The notes below the pieces were generated by a model, which saw only the letters and a list, made by a program, of their open reading frames with translations, had not been told where the DNA came from and did no database searches. Source: Raillietiella orientalis (taxonomy: Eukaryota). From it: 64,000 nucleotides of DNA. The stretch is from NCBI GenBank assembly GCA_036172245.1, contig JAYWIR010000024.1:1984001-2048000 (forward strand), in the 5' to 3' direction. Shown in pieces: positions 1-12,761 of this stretch; within the stretch, counting starts at the first letter, position 1; each line of letters begins with the position of its first letter. The position numbers and the translations under genes are program-made.

Positions 1-1749
1 ATTGCAAAAAGTAGATTTTGCATTGCAGTTTGAAAGGTAACACATATTAGACAAGAGAAGTATAGTTTAAACATAAAGAAAAACGTAATGGCCAATGCAG
101 AATTGTTTGTATTTGAAATGCTTTAAGATTCTAAATGAAAACATACTTTTAAGTGAAACCTTAATAAAAAATGTAACTCATAAAGAGTTTCGAAACGAGT
201 CACTACAAAAGACTGCCTGCAAAAGGTGGTATTTTAAATGATATTCTTTTGGGAACCGGAAAAAAAAACCATCTGTGAAAGAGATTAAAACACCAGAATC
301 GGTACCTTAAATACATTCTACAGCTATATGTTGAAGGAGAAATTCAGAGTCAAGGAGGTAAGCGAGTCCACAAAGCCGACACTGAGATCATTAGCGATAT
401 CAAGGTGATGGAGCTTCCTCAGCTGATAAATATGTACCTACATTCCTTCTAAATACATCCTGCAATCGACCGACAATAAGGAATTTCTTTGGTTAAATAC
501 TTCAGAATATGAAGGTCAAAAATTCGTCTCGGATGTAATTACCAATGCAATTACGAACAGCAAATATTTCATCAATCTCTGAGGCATTTTTGTGATTTAA
601 AAGATTTTACTAAATTGATGGAGTACATAACATCTAGCTTATTTTTTCGAGACTGTTTAGTTCAGGTTAGAGTTAAGTAAACTCAGGAAGTTGGGCAGTG
701 ATGAAAATAAAAATGAAAAAAGCTGAAAGTGCACCTCTTAAGAATCCTAACCAGTATTATTATTTCGTTACACCTTCATTCGTTGATTATACTTTTAAAA
801 TAGAAATCGTGTGAACTCTCTCTCATATTTGTAAAACTACCTTAGAACTTCCCGTCGAGTAACTCGATAAACAGTTACCATATTAACTCATCTTAACATG
901 GTAATTGCTATCTGTCCAGCTTGAGAGGAATCACGACTTTGTTTAGGAATTTCGTTTTAATTTACTAAATTAATGATAACTAATTACGTGTTCAAGTAAC
1001 TTATTAAGATAAGGTGCAGACTAGATCTAAGAGGAATTTTCATCATGAACGCACCGGAAAAAAATTCTCGAAAATGAAATTTTCGTTATAGGCTCATTAC
1101 CTTTCTGAGGTCAGTCTCAAGCAGAGTTTTTTTCATTGATCTCCGAATGTTACGGGAACCAGAACATAAAGCGATAAGACAAATTTGCATCTATAACTGA
1201 TTCGTTCGGACAGTTGGCCGATGAAAACGTTCAGTGAACTTGTGTTACTGAAACGATAAGCAGAATCCAGAAAAATGAATCTCAGAAAAAACTAATGCTT
1301 TGAATACAACAGCTCCTTATCAAGTACAATAACAAGTACAATGAATATCTAATAGTTGAGTTTTGAAGGAGCAAAAATAATAGCATCGGATCCTAAATGG
1401 ATTTTGCAAATTCGAGAATTAAGGAAGTAGAATGCATTTGATCTTCTTAACATTCTCCTTAATGCACACCAGGAAATAAGATCATTTTAAAGCAAAGAGT
1501 ATTGATGGTTTGAAGTAAGCTCTACATTATTTTGAAATTTTTCTATTAATAAGATTAACAGTTACGAAATAGTGAGTATTTAATAGTAGTATTGATCATA
1601 CGTTCTGACTGACTTCCAAAAAGAAAAAAAAAAAAAACGGAATTACCACCAAATACTTAAAAAAAACGAATAAACATTCATTGGATTCAATGTAATAAAA
1701 AACCACTTAAAAAAGCCGAAGAGAAACATGTGTTTAAAGATTCCTCTAT

Positions 1750-2560
1750 GCTGATCTCGGATTTCTTATTTGCGGTGATTTCATGCGGTAGAATTTGATG
1801 AAAGTTTGCATTCATGATTTAGCTCAAGTTTTGTTTACAAAATTCCTCCTTCCCCCTTTTTCCAAATTTCGCAGGAATTCACATTGCGAGCAATTTTCAG
1901 ACTCACAGTTTGTGAATCAGAGCTCAGGAGAGCGTCCGTCCGCCGTTAACACTCGATTTTCGTGTTCCGACTGTGGATTTATCGAAATCGTCCCCAAAGC
2001 TGTGATTAGGATGATTACGAAAACTGTGATAAACTGCAGTCGGAAATGCACGCGGAGGAGATCGTCTCCGGAAAGAGGAAAAATCATCTTTATTAATCCT
2101 CATTCCCAGCGTTCGGAGCTGCGACAGTTGTGATGGTTATCGTTTCACAGATTCCATAGGAGTACCTGCACTTTCAAAACGCTTACTGCCTTTGGTTGTA
2201 AATGCTTGACATTGAAATTAAATACGCTTATAACTGTTGGTGCATAAATAATGAGTGGTGTAAGTGGGAGATAAAGTAGTTGTGTCGCTGGAAAACGGAT
2301 AAATCCGAGTTGAATAAAGGAAACTATATTGAATACGTTCCCAGTATGTTTTGAAAACATGAAATTGCAAGTTTATACTACCGTTAGGGAAGCCAATGTG
2401 AGTAGGTATGCGTGTGAATGCAGTATTGAAAGGGTGATCGTGATCCCACTTTGGAGGGTGATTCTGCCGATTTTTAAAACATCGGTGCCGATCAATTGCA
2501 TAGTTTTTGTAATTATTACGATTTCATCTTAAAGTTTCCGTGGCATTATTTTTCGTGTTT
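1750..2560 (+). promoter_or_regulatory. Probable CpG-retaining promoter / 5' UTR region of the ENL/AF9 gene
   Basis: Local CpG-rich patch just upstream of the CpG-depleted gene body. Candidate donor GTAAGT at about 2260 and acceptor TTCAG at 3032-3036. TSS not determinable. Confidence 0.35.
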
Positions 2561-3050
2561 GGAACTTTTGTGCCAAAAGTGTTTTGCCTCCTGTAACAAT
2601 TGCACCTGTTGTGTAAATCGTAAATAACATGCAAATTTACTTTAAAATTTGAGTGATTGACTGAATGCTAATTATTGAATAATAAGTCCAAGTGCTTATT
2701 TAATTCACCGTTTGTAATATTGCCATTCACCATTTTGCTTTGGTTTCTGTACTTTGTTTATCACTCCCTGTAATAATTTTAAAAACAATCATGTGATACT
2801 TAAAGAAACCTAAAATGGTTCATGCTTTTGTTTTTAGCCATTGCGGAAGTGTTAAACAACGGCATTCAAAATATTGTTAAACTACCAATGATGTTGGTGC
2901 CCACTATTTTTCTATCAAAGCAATATGTTAGGAATTTCAATGATGCACAATTTCATGCCTTTCTACTCATAGGAAATGGTTATCCAGAATTCTAATCATT
3001 TAAAATGAGTATCTTAACAAGTGTCTGTTTATTCAGATGTGTTGGATAAT

Positions 3051-3062
3051 ATGACCACAACT
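3051..3062 (+). CDS. ENL/AF9 coding exon 1 (MTTT)
   Basis: ATG ACC ACA ACT, then a GTATGT donor and a 45-bp intron ending TAATTAG. A 4-codon first coding exon matches the vertebrate ENL/AF9 layout as I recall it. Confidence 0.7.
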
Positions 3063-6000
3063 GTATGTAGAATATTTCGAAATTTGTGATAGTTATTCGT
3101 TAATTAGTGTGTCCAAGTAAATGTGGAATTGGGACATAGAGCTATTCCTAAAGAAAAGCCTATGCCAAATGGATTTACTCATGAGTGGACCGTCTTTGTA
3201 CGTGGACCGGATAATGCTTCAATTCATTTCTTTATAGAAAAAGTTGTATTTTACTTGCATGAAAGTTTTCAGAAGCCTAAAAGAGGTATGTGGAGTTTAA
3301 AATCAAAACAACATGCTTGCTTTTGTAATGTTTTGATTTTTAAAAATTTTTTCTATAAAAATTGACAGTTGTTCTAAACCACTACTCTCAAACATTGAAT
3401 TGTTGCTTAGCACATCATTAGTATTTGTGCATTCCAAATTACAAAATGATGTTTTCTGCCTAGACTTCTGTTTTCTGTCTTCTAGTTTTTCTGTCAATTG
3501 TTTCTGTATCAGGTGTTTCCGTTATGTTAAATTTAAACTATTTGGGTCAGTTGGAACATTTATTTGTTAGCTGAGTTGAAGTCTTTAAAATAATGTAATG
3601 TGGAAAGAGCTACAAAAGTTGTGCCAATGGGGACCCATCAAGATGCTTACAATAACTCAAATTTGTGCTTTTAGAGTATAAGTTGGAAACATTGCTATGA
3701 CATTGATAGGTATTTTTTATAATGAAAAGGTTCTGAAGGGGTCTGAAATGGAAAGTAGTAAATTCATTTGCATTTTTAATTCCATTTTAGATTTTCCTTT
3801 TGATCTCCAAAACATGTTCCAAAGAAATTCACAAATGAATTTTAAATGAATGTATACATGAATTGTTTTGAGTAAATAATGATTTTTTGTGAATGCTAAA
3901 TGTCTGTAATTTGTATCAATTAATATAATAAATTAATATTTAATGCTCATTCTGCTTCCAGTTTTAAAGGAGCCTCCTTATGAAGTATCTGAGTCAGGAT
4001 ATGGAGGTTTCATGATGGGTATTGATGTCCACTTTCGGAATGGAGCTCATATACGTTATGACTATGATTTATATCTTGGATTGAATGAGGCCATAACCAA
4101 TATTCGACCAGAAAAAGTTACTTTTCCAAATCCATCAGAGGAATTTCGTATAAAGTTGCTTCGAGGTGGTGGGGTAATATAGGATGTTATGTTCAGATCT
4201 CTTCATAATAGTTTTATCTCAGATAGGGGTTCTCAATGCTGATGAAAATCTGATCTTCCATGATCGTTTAAAGACAGCTGGAAATTTTAATTTGGAAGAC
4301 ACCAGCTCTAAGAGATCTCCCAGTAGTGGTTATGCTGGAGGAAAAGGTCCCGGAAATGTTCCAGCATCCAAGTCAAAGGTATCAGTTGTATTATGTTATA
4401 ACTTTGTGTTGTGTTGTGTTTTGTTACTCATGATTGCTCTAAAGTTTCTTCTTGCACATGAACTGCTGATGGGTAATTGGAGTACTCTAACAATAGAAGT
4501 TTGTTGCATTTTTATTTAGAAAAATTTGGTTTTCTCCCAGTATTTTGTATTATGCTGTCACTGATACCATTGATAACCTTATACCAAAAAAAAAAATTTG
4601 GCTTATTTTATTTTAGTCTTTCATAAGAAAAAGCATTGTATCTTAAACATTGAAAGTTGGTTAATCACATTCTCAGTTGTGTTTTGAAATTCCCTTAGTT
4701 AGTTATGCACAGTTACTTCCAAAAATTGGTTTTCATATTAATGCTCAGTTAGTTTGCATTTTGAGTGAAAATCCATATTCTTTGCATTGCATACAATTTG
4801 GATATTGATTTTTGGTTCATCTTTATTTCTGTATGTATGCATGCTATTCAAATGTTGATTGCAACTTTTTGAAATTAGTTTTCCAATTTGTTCAAGCTAC
4901 AAAGTTTTGCATGAACTCCAAGCTCTGGAATGCTAATATACTTTTTCTGCTCTTTTTTGAAATGTTGTACCATACTAGTTGTCAAAAAATATGTATTTTT
5001 CTATTTATTCCGACGCACAGTTTTATTAATTTTGTTTTTTTGTTTGCAACTGCAACATTTAAGTTCTTAAAATGACATTTTCACTAAATTTCATGTATTG
5101 CTTTGCATGCTTTGTGCACCCAATTTTGCTTGTTTTTGATGTTGTTTGCATTAACACATAACATACGACTTCATGTCCATGTGTTGTTTTCAGCTTATTT
5201 GGTTAATTGCTTCCATGTTTGCATCATCATTATCCTTACCTATTTGTGTGTCATCAAATATTTGTTAGTTTTATTTGGCTTATTTTTAATTAATTTTTGT
5301 ATTTCTTGCAGTAATACAGTTTTTTTCACAAGTTTTTAAAACAATACTGCCTATTAATTAAATTTTCATCATAAAACTGTATATTAACATTTGGGCACGT
5401 ATCATAACGATAGTGAAAATCTGAGAGGGAATGTTCATTGTGTGAAACTACATCTGTATTGTTGACTTCAAAATTGCAACGTTTAAAAACTGTAAAGAGA
5501 TGTTTGAAATTCTTGTTTTCATTTTTTATCTCATTAGAAAATCAAAAATCATTTATGAAAAATCTAAGTTATTGAAAGCTCAGTGCTGGTCAACATTTAA
5601 ACATGTTAATAATTGCTGCATGCTTATGTTTTGTGTATCTCTCTCCAGTTGAGACTCCCTGTGGAGATATTTATGCATTGTGAACATTAAGCAAAGATGG
5701 TATGTTCAGTTGTAAAAATTGGTTCCTCAGTGAGGAATTAAATTCAATGATGCAGACTTTTGAAAAATATCTGCAGATTTTGTCATTTTAATTGTTACGA
5801 AAATGTAATTGGTGTTGATAATTAAATTGATATATAATATTAAAAGTGATCCTGATGTTTGACCTTGTAAGACAAGGTTGTTTCTTAAAGTGATTGCAAA
5901 AATTGATTTTTAAATAATTAAGTATTTCATGGAATGTTAGACTAAGCCTTTGCATTGAATTGGAACATATGTGTAATGTTTTTCTGGAAATAGGCAAAAT

Positions 6001-9000
6001 TATAGGAATTCAATACTATTGCTACTACTGCTAATAATAAATAGAGTTTCAAGTCATGTGCTTAGTAAGTTCACCATTTCAGTGTATGGTTAATCTTGTG
6101 TTTTGCCCAGTCATTAAAAGAGGCAGTGTCTTTTGTGGTCTTTTTCCGTAAATGCTTATTAATATCTCACTAAAAAAATTGCATTTAATCTTGAATTGCA
6201 GAGTTAAATATAATTCACTTTGAAGTGTTCTTCAGAAGATTTAAAGGTATTCAAAACAAAGGCAATTTTTACTGAGCTGTACTAAAAAAAATAGTGTTAT
6301 GAGATTCAATACACATATTTTAGGAACATTATTTATTTTGTATGTATGGTGTATTTTTTTGATGAAAAGCAAGCTATGATTGGAAAGTGAAAATGAAAAA
6401 TGAAAATCAGTGTAATGGAGACGAAGTCAAACGGAATTAATCAAGCATCAAACTTTCAGCAAAAAAAAAAAAATGTAAATACAAAACCGTAAATACAAAA
6501 CAATGTAAATACAAACGTTGTATTTCAAGGCAAAAGTGTTTTCCGTGTGTTTCATCGCTTTGGTGTCCATGTGTCGTTGTCACCCTTTTACAAAAGTCAG
6601 TGATCAGTGTGTCATCACCATGATTCCATTCCTGTGCTCTTTAATTGATATTCGCGTTAGAAAGGTGATTCCTGTTTAATTTAAAGACTTCCGAAACGTG
6701 CTGTAGGTTGTATTCATAAACATGGCACTTCTCAAATAATAATCATAATGATAGAAGAAACATTTCTGATGACATTTGTTGGTAATGGTGGTAAGGGTTC
6801 ACTTATGGATGATACGTTTAACTGGGATCGGTTGGAGGTGTGCTTAACATCACTGAACGGTGTTGATATACATGTTGAGCAGTAGTTGCTTTTATGCATG
6901 TTATAGGAGTGGTATTATTTAATTGCTGAGCACTCATTTCAAATTGAAAAACTAGTAATGATTACTTATTCTCAGATTGCGTTGCTTTCTTTGTATATGC
7001 TTTCGTTAAGACGCCCTTGGATGTTCTGAAGATATTCAGGGTATTTTTTTGTGAAGAAGTTTGCACGTCGTTGTTCTTCTGTTTTCCCGAAAATAATTTG
7101 TGGGAAGTTCCAGTCGAATTTGTGTTAGCCCAGAATGGCAGTGAATACACATGCACGTGCCATCAGTACAACAAACAAGATGGAAGTACACATCATTCAG
7201 TTTCTGGGAAAAAATAACAAAGTCTCACCGTAGACGGCCATTCGTTGCATTCGTTGCATCACGGTAAACACCACCCAAGGGATCGTTTGAAACAAAATGA
7301 TGCTGATGCTGTAGGAAACGAATGGGTAGTGAGCGGTGATCGATTGCAGCGGTGGGCGAAATCACAGTAGATTCTTCTTCAAGGAAATCCTGACTTTATG
7401 ACCCCCACCATGTCTTTGATGACATTGTGAGGGTCACAAAGTCAGAATAAACTTTGGGTTCCCTAGAAAATGGACTTTAAAAGAAAATTTATTAAATATC
7501 ACTCGATTTCTGCAAATTTTACTGGTTTTTAAAAGCGGAAGAAAGTTGATCGGGCGTTGCCGAAAGTGAAAGACTTCAGTCATTAGGATCACACAGAAGA
7601 TTGCTTAAACTGAATTCATACATCGGTATGGGTGTCCGTCTCACATATGCACACAACCCTTTTCGTATTCTGGCATTCGAAAGACTCTTTCGATGGATGG
7701 CCAAAGATCGTTGCAACTCTTTGAGAACGGAATTTTTTCTGTTTGCCCCGTTAACAAATCCAGATCACTTGCAGAGATCTAGCAGCCTGAAGCATCGAGC
7801 AGCATTAGTTCGCTCCGCTTTCGGACATAAATTAAAAAAAAAAAAAATGTTTTATGCTTCCTCAGACTCTTGAAAAGGAAGCTGATGAGCGAGTGCTGAA
7901 TCACGCATCTCGTGTGTGCATGTGTGGAGCGGGAGAGAAGTTCCCCTTTGCCCACCGGTTCCTGCTTCGACGGAAAAGTTGGTTGCTTCAAAGAGGAATG
8001 TTTCAAGACGTGGACGCTGTTCCGGGAATAAGAATGCTTCCGAGTTTCGGCCTGCCGTTCAGCGGATCGCCGGTTTGAGGAGAAGTCGAAGGACCTAACG
8101 AGGTGCCTCATTAAGTGTTTGAAGTTGGCGAGGAAAGACGGAAAGAAAATTGCTAGATGGATGCGTCAGAGGGAGTGTGCTTTGGCCCGCCAACTCAGCG
8201 CTGGGAACGATCTCGAAAAGATCAGAGTGCAGCGAGAAACAGTATGCGAAATCCCGCCTTTCGAAAATTTGAGCCGCTCACGTAATGGACACTTAAATTA
8301 AGGACGTTTGGCTGCTTTGAATTTCTGCGGTTGCTAGGAACGGAATCGGGAATCCGGAATTTTTTTTTTTTTTTGCATCGCACATGTGCATGTCCTCAGT
8401 CACGGTGTGTGCTAAGCCTTTTGTGTGTGATCACGCAAGGTAGTCCTGGTCCAGATTGACTCCTCAATGCTAAGTGACATTTTGTATTCATTGCCGGTTG
8501 CTTTTTTCATAGCTCAGCGCGTTATTTTTTGAAAGTGAAAGTGTGGAAGTCCTTTCGTGGACGGGATGCCTGCTTTCAGTGGTTAGCAGGCTTTCATCTT
8601 GACGTGACACAGTGCTTTTCCGATCGTCTTTTTTATTCTAGGTTCCGAACACTCGAGACAATGTGTGAAATGTAATGTGCATGCGTGTGTTTATGTGCGG
8701 TCGGTGTATATATGTTGTGATCGCATATACAACACCCAGTATTGTGTGTGTATGTTAATGCATGTTTGTTGTTCTCGGTAACATTTTCTCCCTCCTTTTT
8801 CCTGATTCTGGACGAGTGGGGTTGAGCGCATGATAACGTTAAGTTGAGAATTGCAAGAAGAAGAAGAAGAAGAAGAGAAGAAGAAGAAGAAAAAAAAAAA
8901 AAAACACGCACGCACACGCATACTCAAACGCGAGAAACCAGCAGATTGCACAACTTAGACTTTCGCTTCATTCCTGACTGTGGCTAGCAGAAGACTGTAA

Positions 9001-11535
9001 TTTCAGTTAGAAATGCAAGTTATCTTTGCAAAAGCAGAGATAACTGGCATTTCTCTCCAATTGTGAACAAGGTACCAGAGATACTTGTGACGAATACGCA
9101 TGTGTGCTGCTGCATCATTCTGATTATCGAGTGCTTTTCTTTAGAATTCAGTTCACGAAATTTTCTTTCCTGCTAAGCGGGGTTTCTGTGGCCACACCAC
9201 CCTTAGTGTTTTCCAACGTGTCGGAGCAACTTATCGCTCCGATGGCGTGTCTTCCCTGCAGTGCATTAAGTGTTCGATTGTATTAACCTCTTTATGTCTG
9301 TTGCTGATGTGGTAAATGTGCCGACTCTTGAGATGTGAAGAAAATTCCTTAGTTCTGCATACGACAAATGTTAAGTATCCGTTTTTCTTATTGCTCGCCG
9401 TTGCTTCAGAGCGAAGCTGCATCTTATTCAGCCCACCCATGAATGCTTTCCCGTCGTTTGGCACGTTGCAGATTCTTCGCCGTTTTGACGTAAGCTCGGG
9501 GATTGTGAACACAAGGATGGGCTTGAAATGGGCTGAAAAGAAAGAAAGAAATCAAGTAAATCAAAAACCCGTGAAGGGCATGCGAAAAGTAGCTTTTCTT
9601 TTTTTCCAAGGCATTTCTTTTTCTTTCACTGCTTCGCTTGGAAGGCTGCAGCTCTTGTAAAACTCCGGACACTAAAGCCGGGGCCCCGTGCTCCACAGCA
9701 GTGTGTTCGAGGAATTCACTCATCAAGAACGTTATAATGCAAATATTGTAATAATTTATGTGTATGCGTCATGCTGTAATTTAGCCAAGAACCGTTCGGT
9801 GCATAAAAGATCCTCGTTGCCTTGGCTCCGCGGAAGATGAGAAGCATTCGCAGGAGCAGTCAGATTTGTGCAAAAACATCTCGTGTTGCCTTCGTTACCT
9901 TTTTTTTTTTTTTTTTTCTCCTCCGGAAACTCGACTTGTTGGGGCACCTGCTTTTTTATGTGGGGCATTTTTTTTTCGTTTTTTTTTTTTTTTTTTTTTT
10001 CAGTTCGGGGGCGTTCGCGAATTCCTGTTTGAACGGTCGTGCACGGAAAACACTTTACGGACATTTCCTCTCGCATGTAGGTTGCATCTCTTTTTTCGAT
10101 CCCGGTAACAAGGGGGCTAAAAAAAAAAAACAAACTAAACACCACCACCAATAACAACAACAACAAAAGTATTTCAGTTTATGCTGCTTTATTCCGAGTT
10201 GCATTTGCGTAAGGAATGCGAACCTTTGAAGCCTTAATTCACGCGTTTGATCGTGGACTTTCACGCGAAAATGTCCCGGGCGTGTATTTCTTTTTGCCGG
10301 TTTCACAGTGATTTTCTTTTCCCTGTTTGTTTCGGTACGCCGTAGACATCGTAGCACGGTTTCTTCGTTTTACCACAAAAATATAAACCCGGAAGGACTT
10401 TGTGATGTCCGAGCGCCAAGGACACACTGTTCCGCTAAGTGGATGCCATGCTTCGTCTGATCTCGTTGGTCCGGTGCCCGTGCCGCGCAATCGTGTAGCG
10501 TGTTTGTTAAGTGTTTACCAGCATGGGAACTCGTTCGTCAGTCTCCACGTGCTTCGTAAGATAGGTTTTCGGTTTTCAGTATCCCCGTGAATCCACACTG
10601 TAATTTCTGTTGTGTTTTAGGATTCTTCCGTGCTAAAGAACCGTCCCACCAAATCAAACCCGTTTTCTGAGCTGTTTGGAGAACCCACGTCGGTATGCTG
10701 TTTGAAATCCGAGCCAAAGAAGGAAGGGCAACGTACCAACGGAGAATACAAAGTGATACCCCAGGACTCTCTCAGTTCGAAGAGGTACAAGGAGCCAAAC
10801 CGCAAAAGCAGCAGTTCGAAACCGAAAGAACCCCTTCCGGATACCAAAGACGACCATAAGCTAACGAAAAAGAAGTCGGTCGAAGTTGCGGCTAGCAAAA
10901 ACCGCCAGTCGAGCACGCCTCACGTCGAAAGAAAGCACCATCATCACAAAACGGAAGCTCCGTCCAGTCCCAACAAAAAGGAGAACCGCGACAGGAAGAG
11001 AAAGCCATCCGATGACATAAGGAAGGAAAAAAAGGGAGGGAGTAAGCAGCTGGAGGATCATCAGAGACCCAAGCCCTGCTCCAAGAACGAACCAAAGAAG
11101 TCTTCCAAAGGAACCACGTACCCCATCCACAACCCTCTGAAAGCCCTGGAGGCAGAGCTGGATGAATCATCCAGTAGTGAACTCATTCCCAGTGACTGTT
11201 CAGACGCGAGTTCCCCTCATTCGTCACCTTCCAAGAGACCTCACGCCGAACCGAAGGCGTCCGACACGAACGCGTCCAAAAGTCGATCGCACAAAAATTC
11301 GCACGCGTACGCGAGAGACGAAGATGATCTGTTCAACCCTGAGTACATTCACGATCTGAAACAGTTGCAGCTGCATATCACCAATCTGACCGATGGTGCC
11401 CTTGCCCAGGCCGTTGTGGACATCGTGGAGGAAACGGGGCGTTACTCGATAGGATCGCGAACCGTGGACTTCGACTTGTGCCAGCTGGGCACATCCGCCA
11501 TCCAGAAACTGAAGAAATGCCTGGCACTCGCCTAG
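3051..11535 (+). CDS. ear (MLLT1/MLLT3 orthologue): ENL/AF9-family super-elongation-complex subunit (YEATS domain, Lys/Ser-rich linker, AHD); join(3051..3062,3108..3285,3962..4173,4223..4378,10621..11535), about 490 aa
   Basis: YEATS motifs [40 protein letters not shown] and [18 protein letters not shown]-terminal [11 protein letters not shown]...[10 protein letters not shown]...VDFDLCQL. All four introns are GT..AG with compatible phases (0,1,0,0). Extra exons inside the 6.2-kb intron cannot be excluded. Confidence 0.93.
3108..3285 (+). CDS. ENL/AF9 coding exon 2 (YEATS N-half)
   Basis: [11 protein letters not shown]...FQKPKR; acceptor AG at 3106-3107, donor GTATGT at 3286. Confidence 0.93.
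3962..4173 (+). CDS. ENL/AF9 coding exon 3 (YEATS C-half)
   Basis: (V)LKEPPYEV...KLLRGGG; acceptor CTTCCAG, donor GTAATA at 4174. Confidence 0.93.
4223..4378 (+). CDS. ENL/AF9 coding exon 4
   Basis: IGVLNADE...PASKSK; follows a 49-bp intron ending TCTCAG; donor GTATCA at 4379. Confidence 0.8.
7390..7445. repeat. 25-bp imperfect inverted repeat with 6-nt loop, in the large intron
   Basis: CTGACTTTATGACCCCCACCATGTC-tttgat-GACATTGTGAGGGTCACAAAGTCAG; 22 of 25 positions Watson-Crick. Confidence 0.85.
9009..9054. repeat. 21-bp imperfect inverted repeat with AAAA loop, in the large intron
   Basis: AGAAATGCAAGTTATCTTTGC-aaaa-GCAGAGATAACTGGCATTTCT. Confidence 0.8.
10621..11535 (+). CDS. ENL/AF9 terminal exon (disordered linker plus AHD)
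   Basis: Acceptor TGTGTTTTAG ends at 10620; long open frame in phase 0; AHD motif; TAG stop. Confidence 0.92.
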   Translation, partial: DSSVLKNRPTKSNPFSELFGEPTSVCCLKSEPKKEGQRTNGEYKVIPQDSLSSKRYKEPNRKSSSSKPKEPLPDTKDDHKLTKKKSVEVAASKNRQSSTPHVERKHHHHKTEAPSSPNKKENRDRKRKPSDDIRKEKKGGSKQLEDHQRPKPCSKNEPKKSSKGTTYPIHNPLKALEAELDESSSSELIPSDCSDASSPHSSPSKRPHAEPKASDTNASKSRSHKNSHAYARDEDDLFNPEYIHDLKQLQLHITNLTDGALAQAVVDIVEETGRYSIGSRTVDFDLCQLGTSAIQKLKKCLALA

Positions 11536-12438
11536 TTTCCCTTTCGACCCCCCTTGTTAACAAGTGCAATGTTTCGTGTGCAATCACGCCAGTCTCCTTA
11601 CTTTGTTTGCAAATTATCGAGAAGTCACATAACTCATTCCCCTTATGTGTGCATTCATACATACGTACGTATACGCGTGTTTGTATGTATTCCCCCCCCC
11701 CCCCCCTTTCGCCCCCCCCTTCTTCTTCTTCTTCTTCTTCCCCCCTCCCCCTCCCCCCCCCCCCAAATGCCAATGTTTGTCTTCATTGCATGTAATCGCG
11801 GAGTTTTTAAGAGTTATTTCATCAATATCAACCGAAGTGCAATAATTTCTGTGTTAACTGATCACGCACCATCGCGCGAATCGATCCACAAGTGTGTGTT
11901 TTTACGTGCAGCGACGTGACCGTTTGCGTTATGGAATTTGCGGGGCCGTTATACGTACATACGGTTGTGTTTTCGGTTGCGCCCAACGGCGAAGCAGGAA
12001 GTCGCTTCTGATGTTTCACGGCAGTGGGAAGAGTTCCTCCAGGTGATGGTGCGTGGTCTCAGAGAGACTCAGCGCGAATTCGAATTGCCGAGGATTTCGT
12101 TACCCGTTTTTTGGACCCCCCCCGCCCGCCCGCCCGCCCGCCCGCCCGCCCGCCCTTCCCTCCTCTTTTCAAACACGTTTTACAAGTTCAGTAGTTGAAA
12201 ATATATGGTTTTGACAAAGTGTGATATCCGCGTGGATTTTTTGGTTTCCTGAGGAGTGTGTGTTTGTGTGTGTGCTCGTCCTTGCGTGCGGCCGCACGGA
12301 GTAACTCGTGTCAGCGGCGAAGAGGCGGGAAGATGTAGGACAAGCTCGCACAGTCAAGGTGATTCTGGTACTCTTTCGGAGTCTGCCTTGCTCCGGGGGG
12401 GGGGGGGGAATGAAATGAAATCAAGTAACGGTGATAAT

Positions 12439-12477
<39 letters not shown>

Positions 12478-12718
12478 TCACGACTGATGTGAGAAGTCGT
12501 CGTATTCAGCGGTACTCATTAAACCAAATTACATTTCGATTGCTGATTTCGTAACACGGAGTTGCACTTAGCGTGTAATGATACATTTCAAGGGCACTGT
12601 GAGTTCCGATAGTAGAGCACACATGAAATCACGGCAAAGGTAGAATCGCTGGCGACATGGAATGCGGAAACTTTTACTGGAAACGCGTTCCTTGGGATTG
12701 GTGCACGCGGTTGCGGGA

Positions 12719-12761
<43 letters not shown>

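Noticed and set aside
830..1140. Divergent minus-strand gene (MKKTLLETDLRK followed by GT)
   Set aside because: I could not build a consistent downstream exon chain or recognise a product.
7866..8078. Alternative in-frame terminal exon giving a YEATS-only isoform
   Set aside because: Only an acceptor-like site and a short open frame; no homology or poly(A) support.
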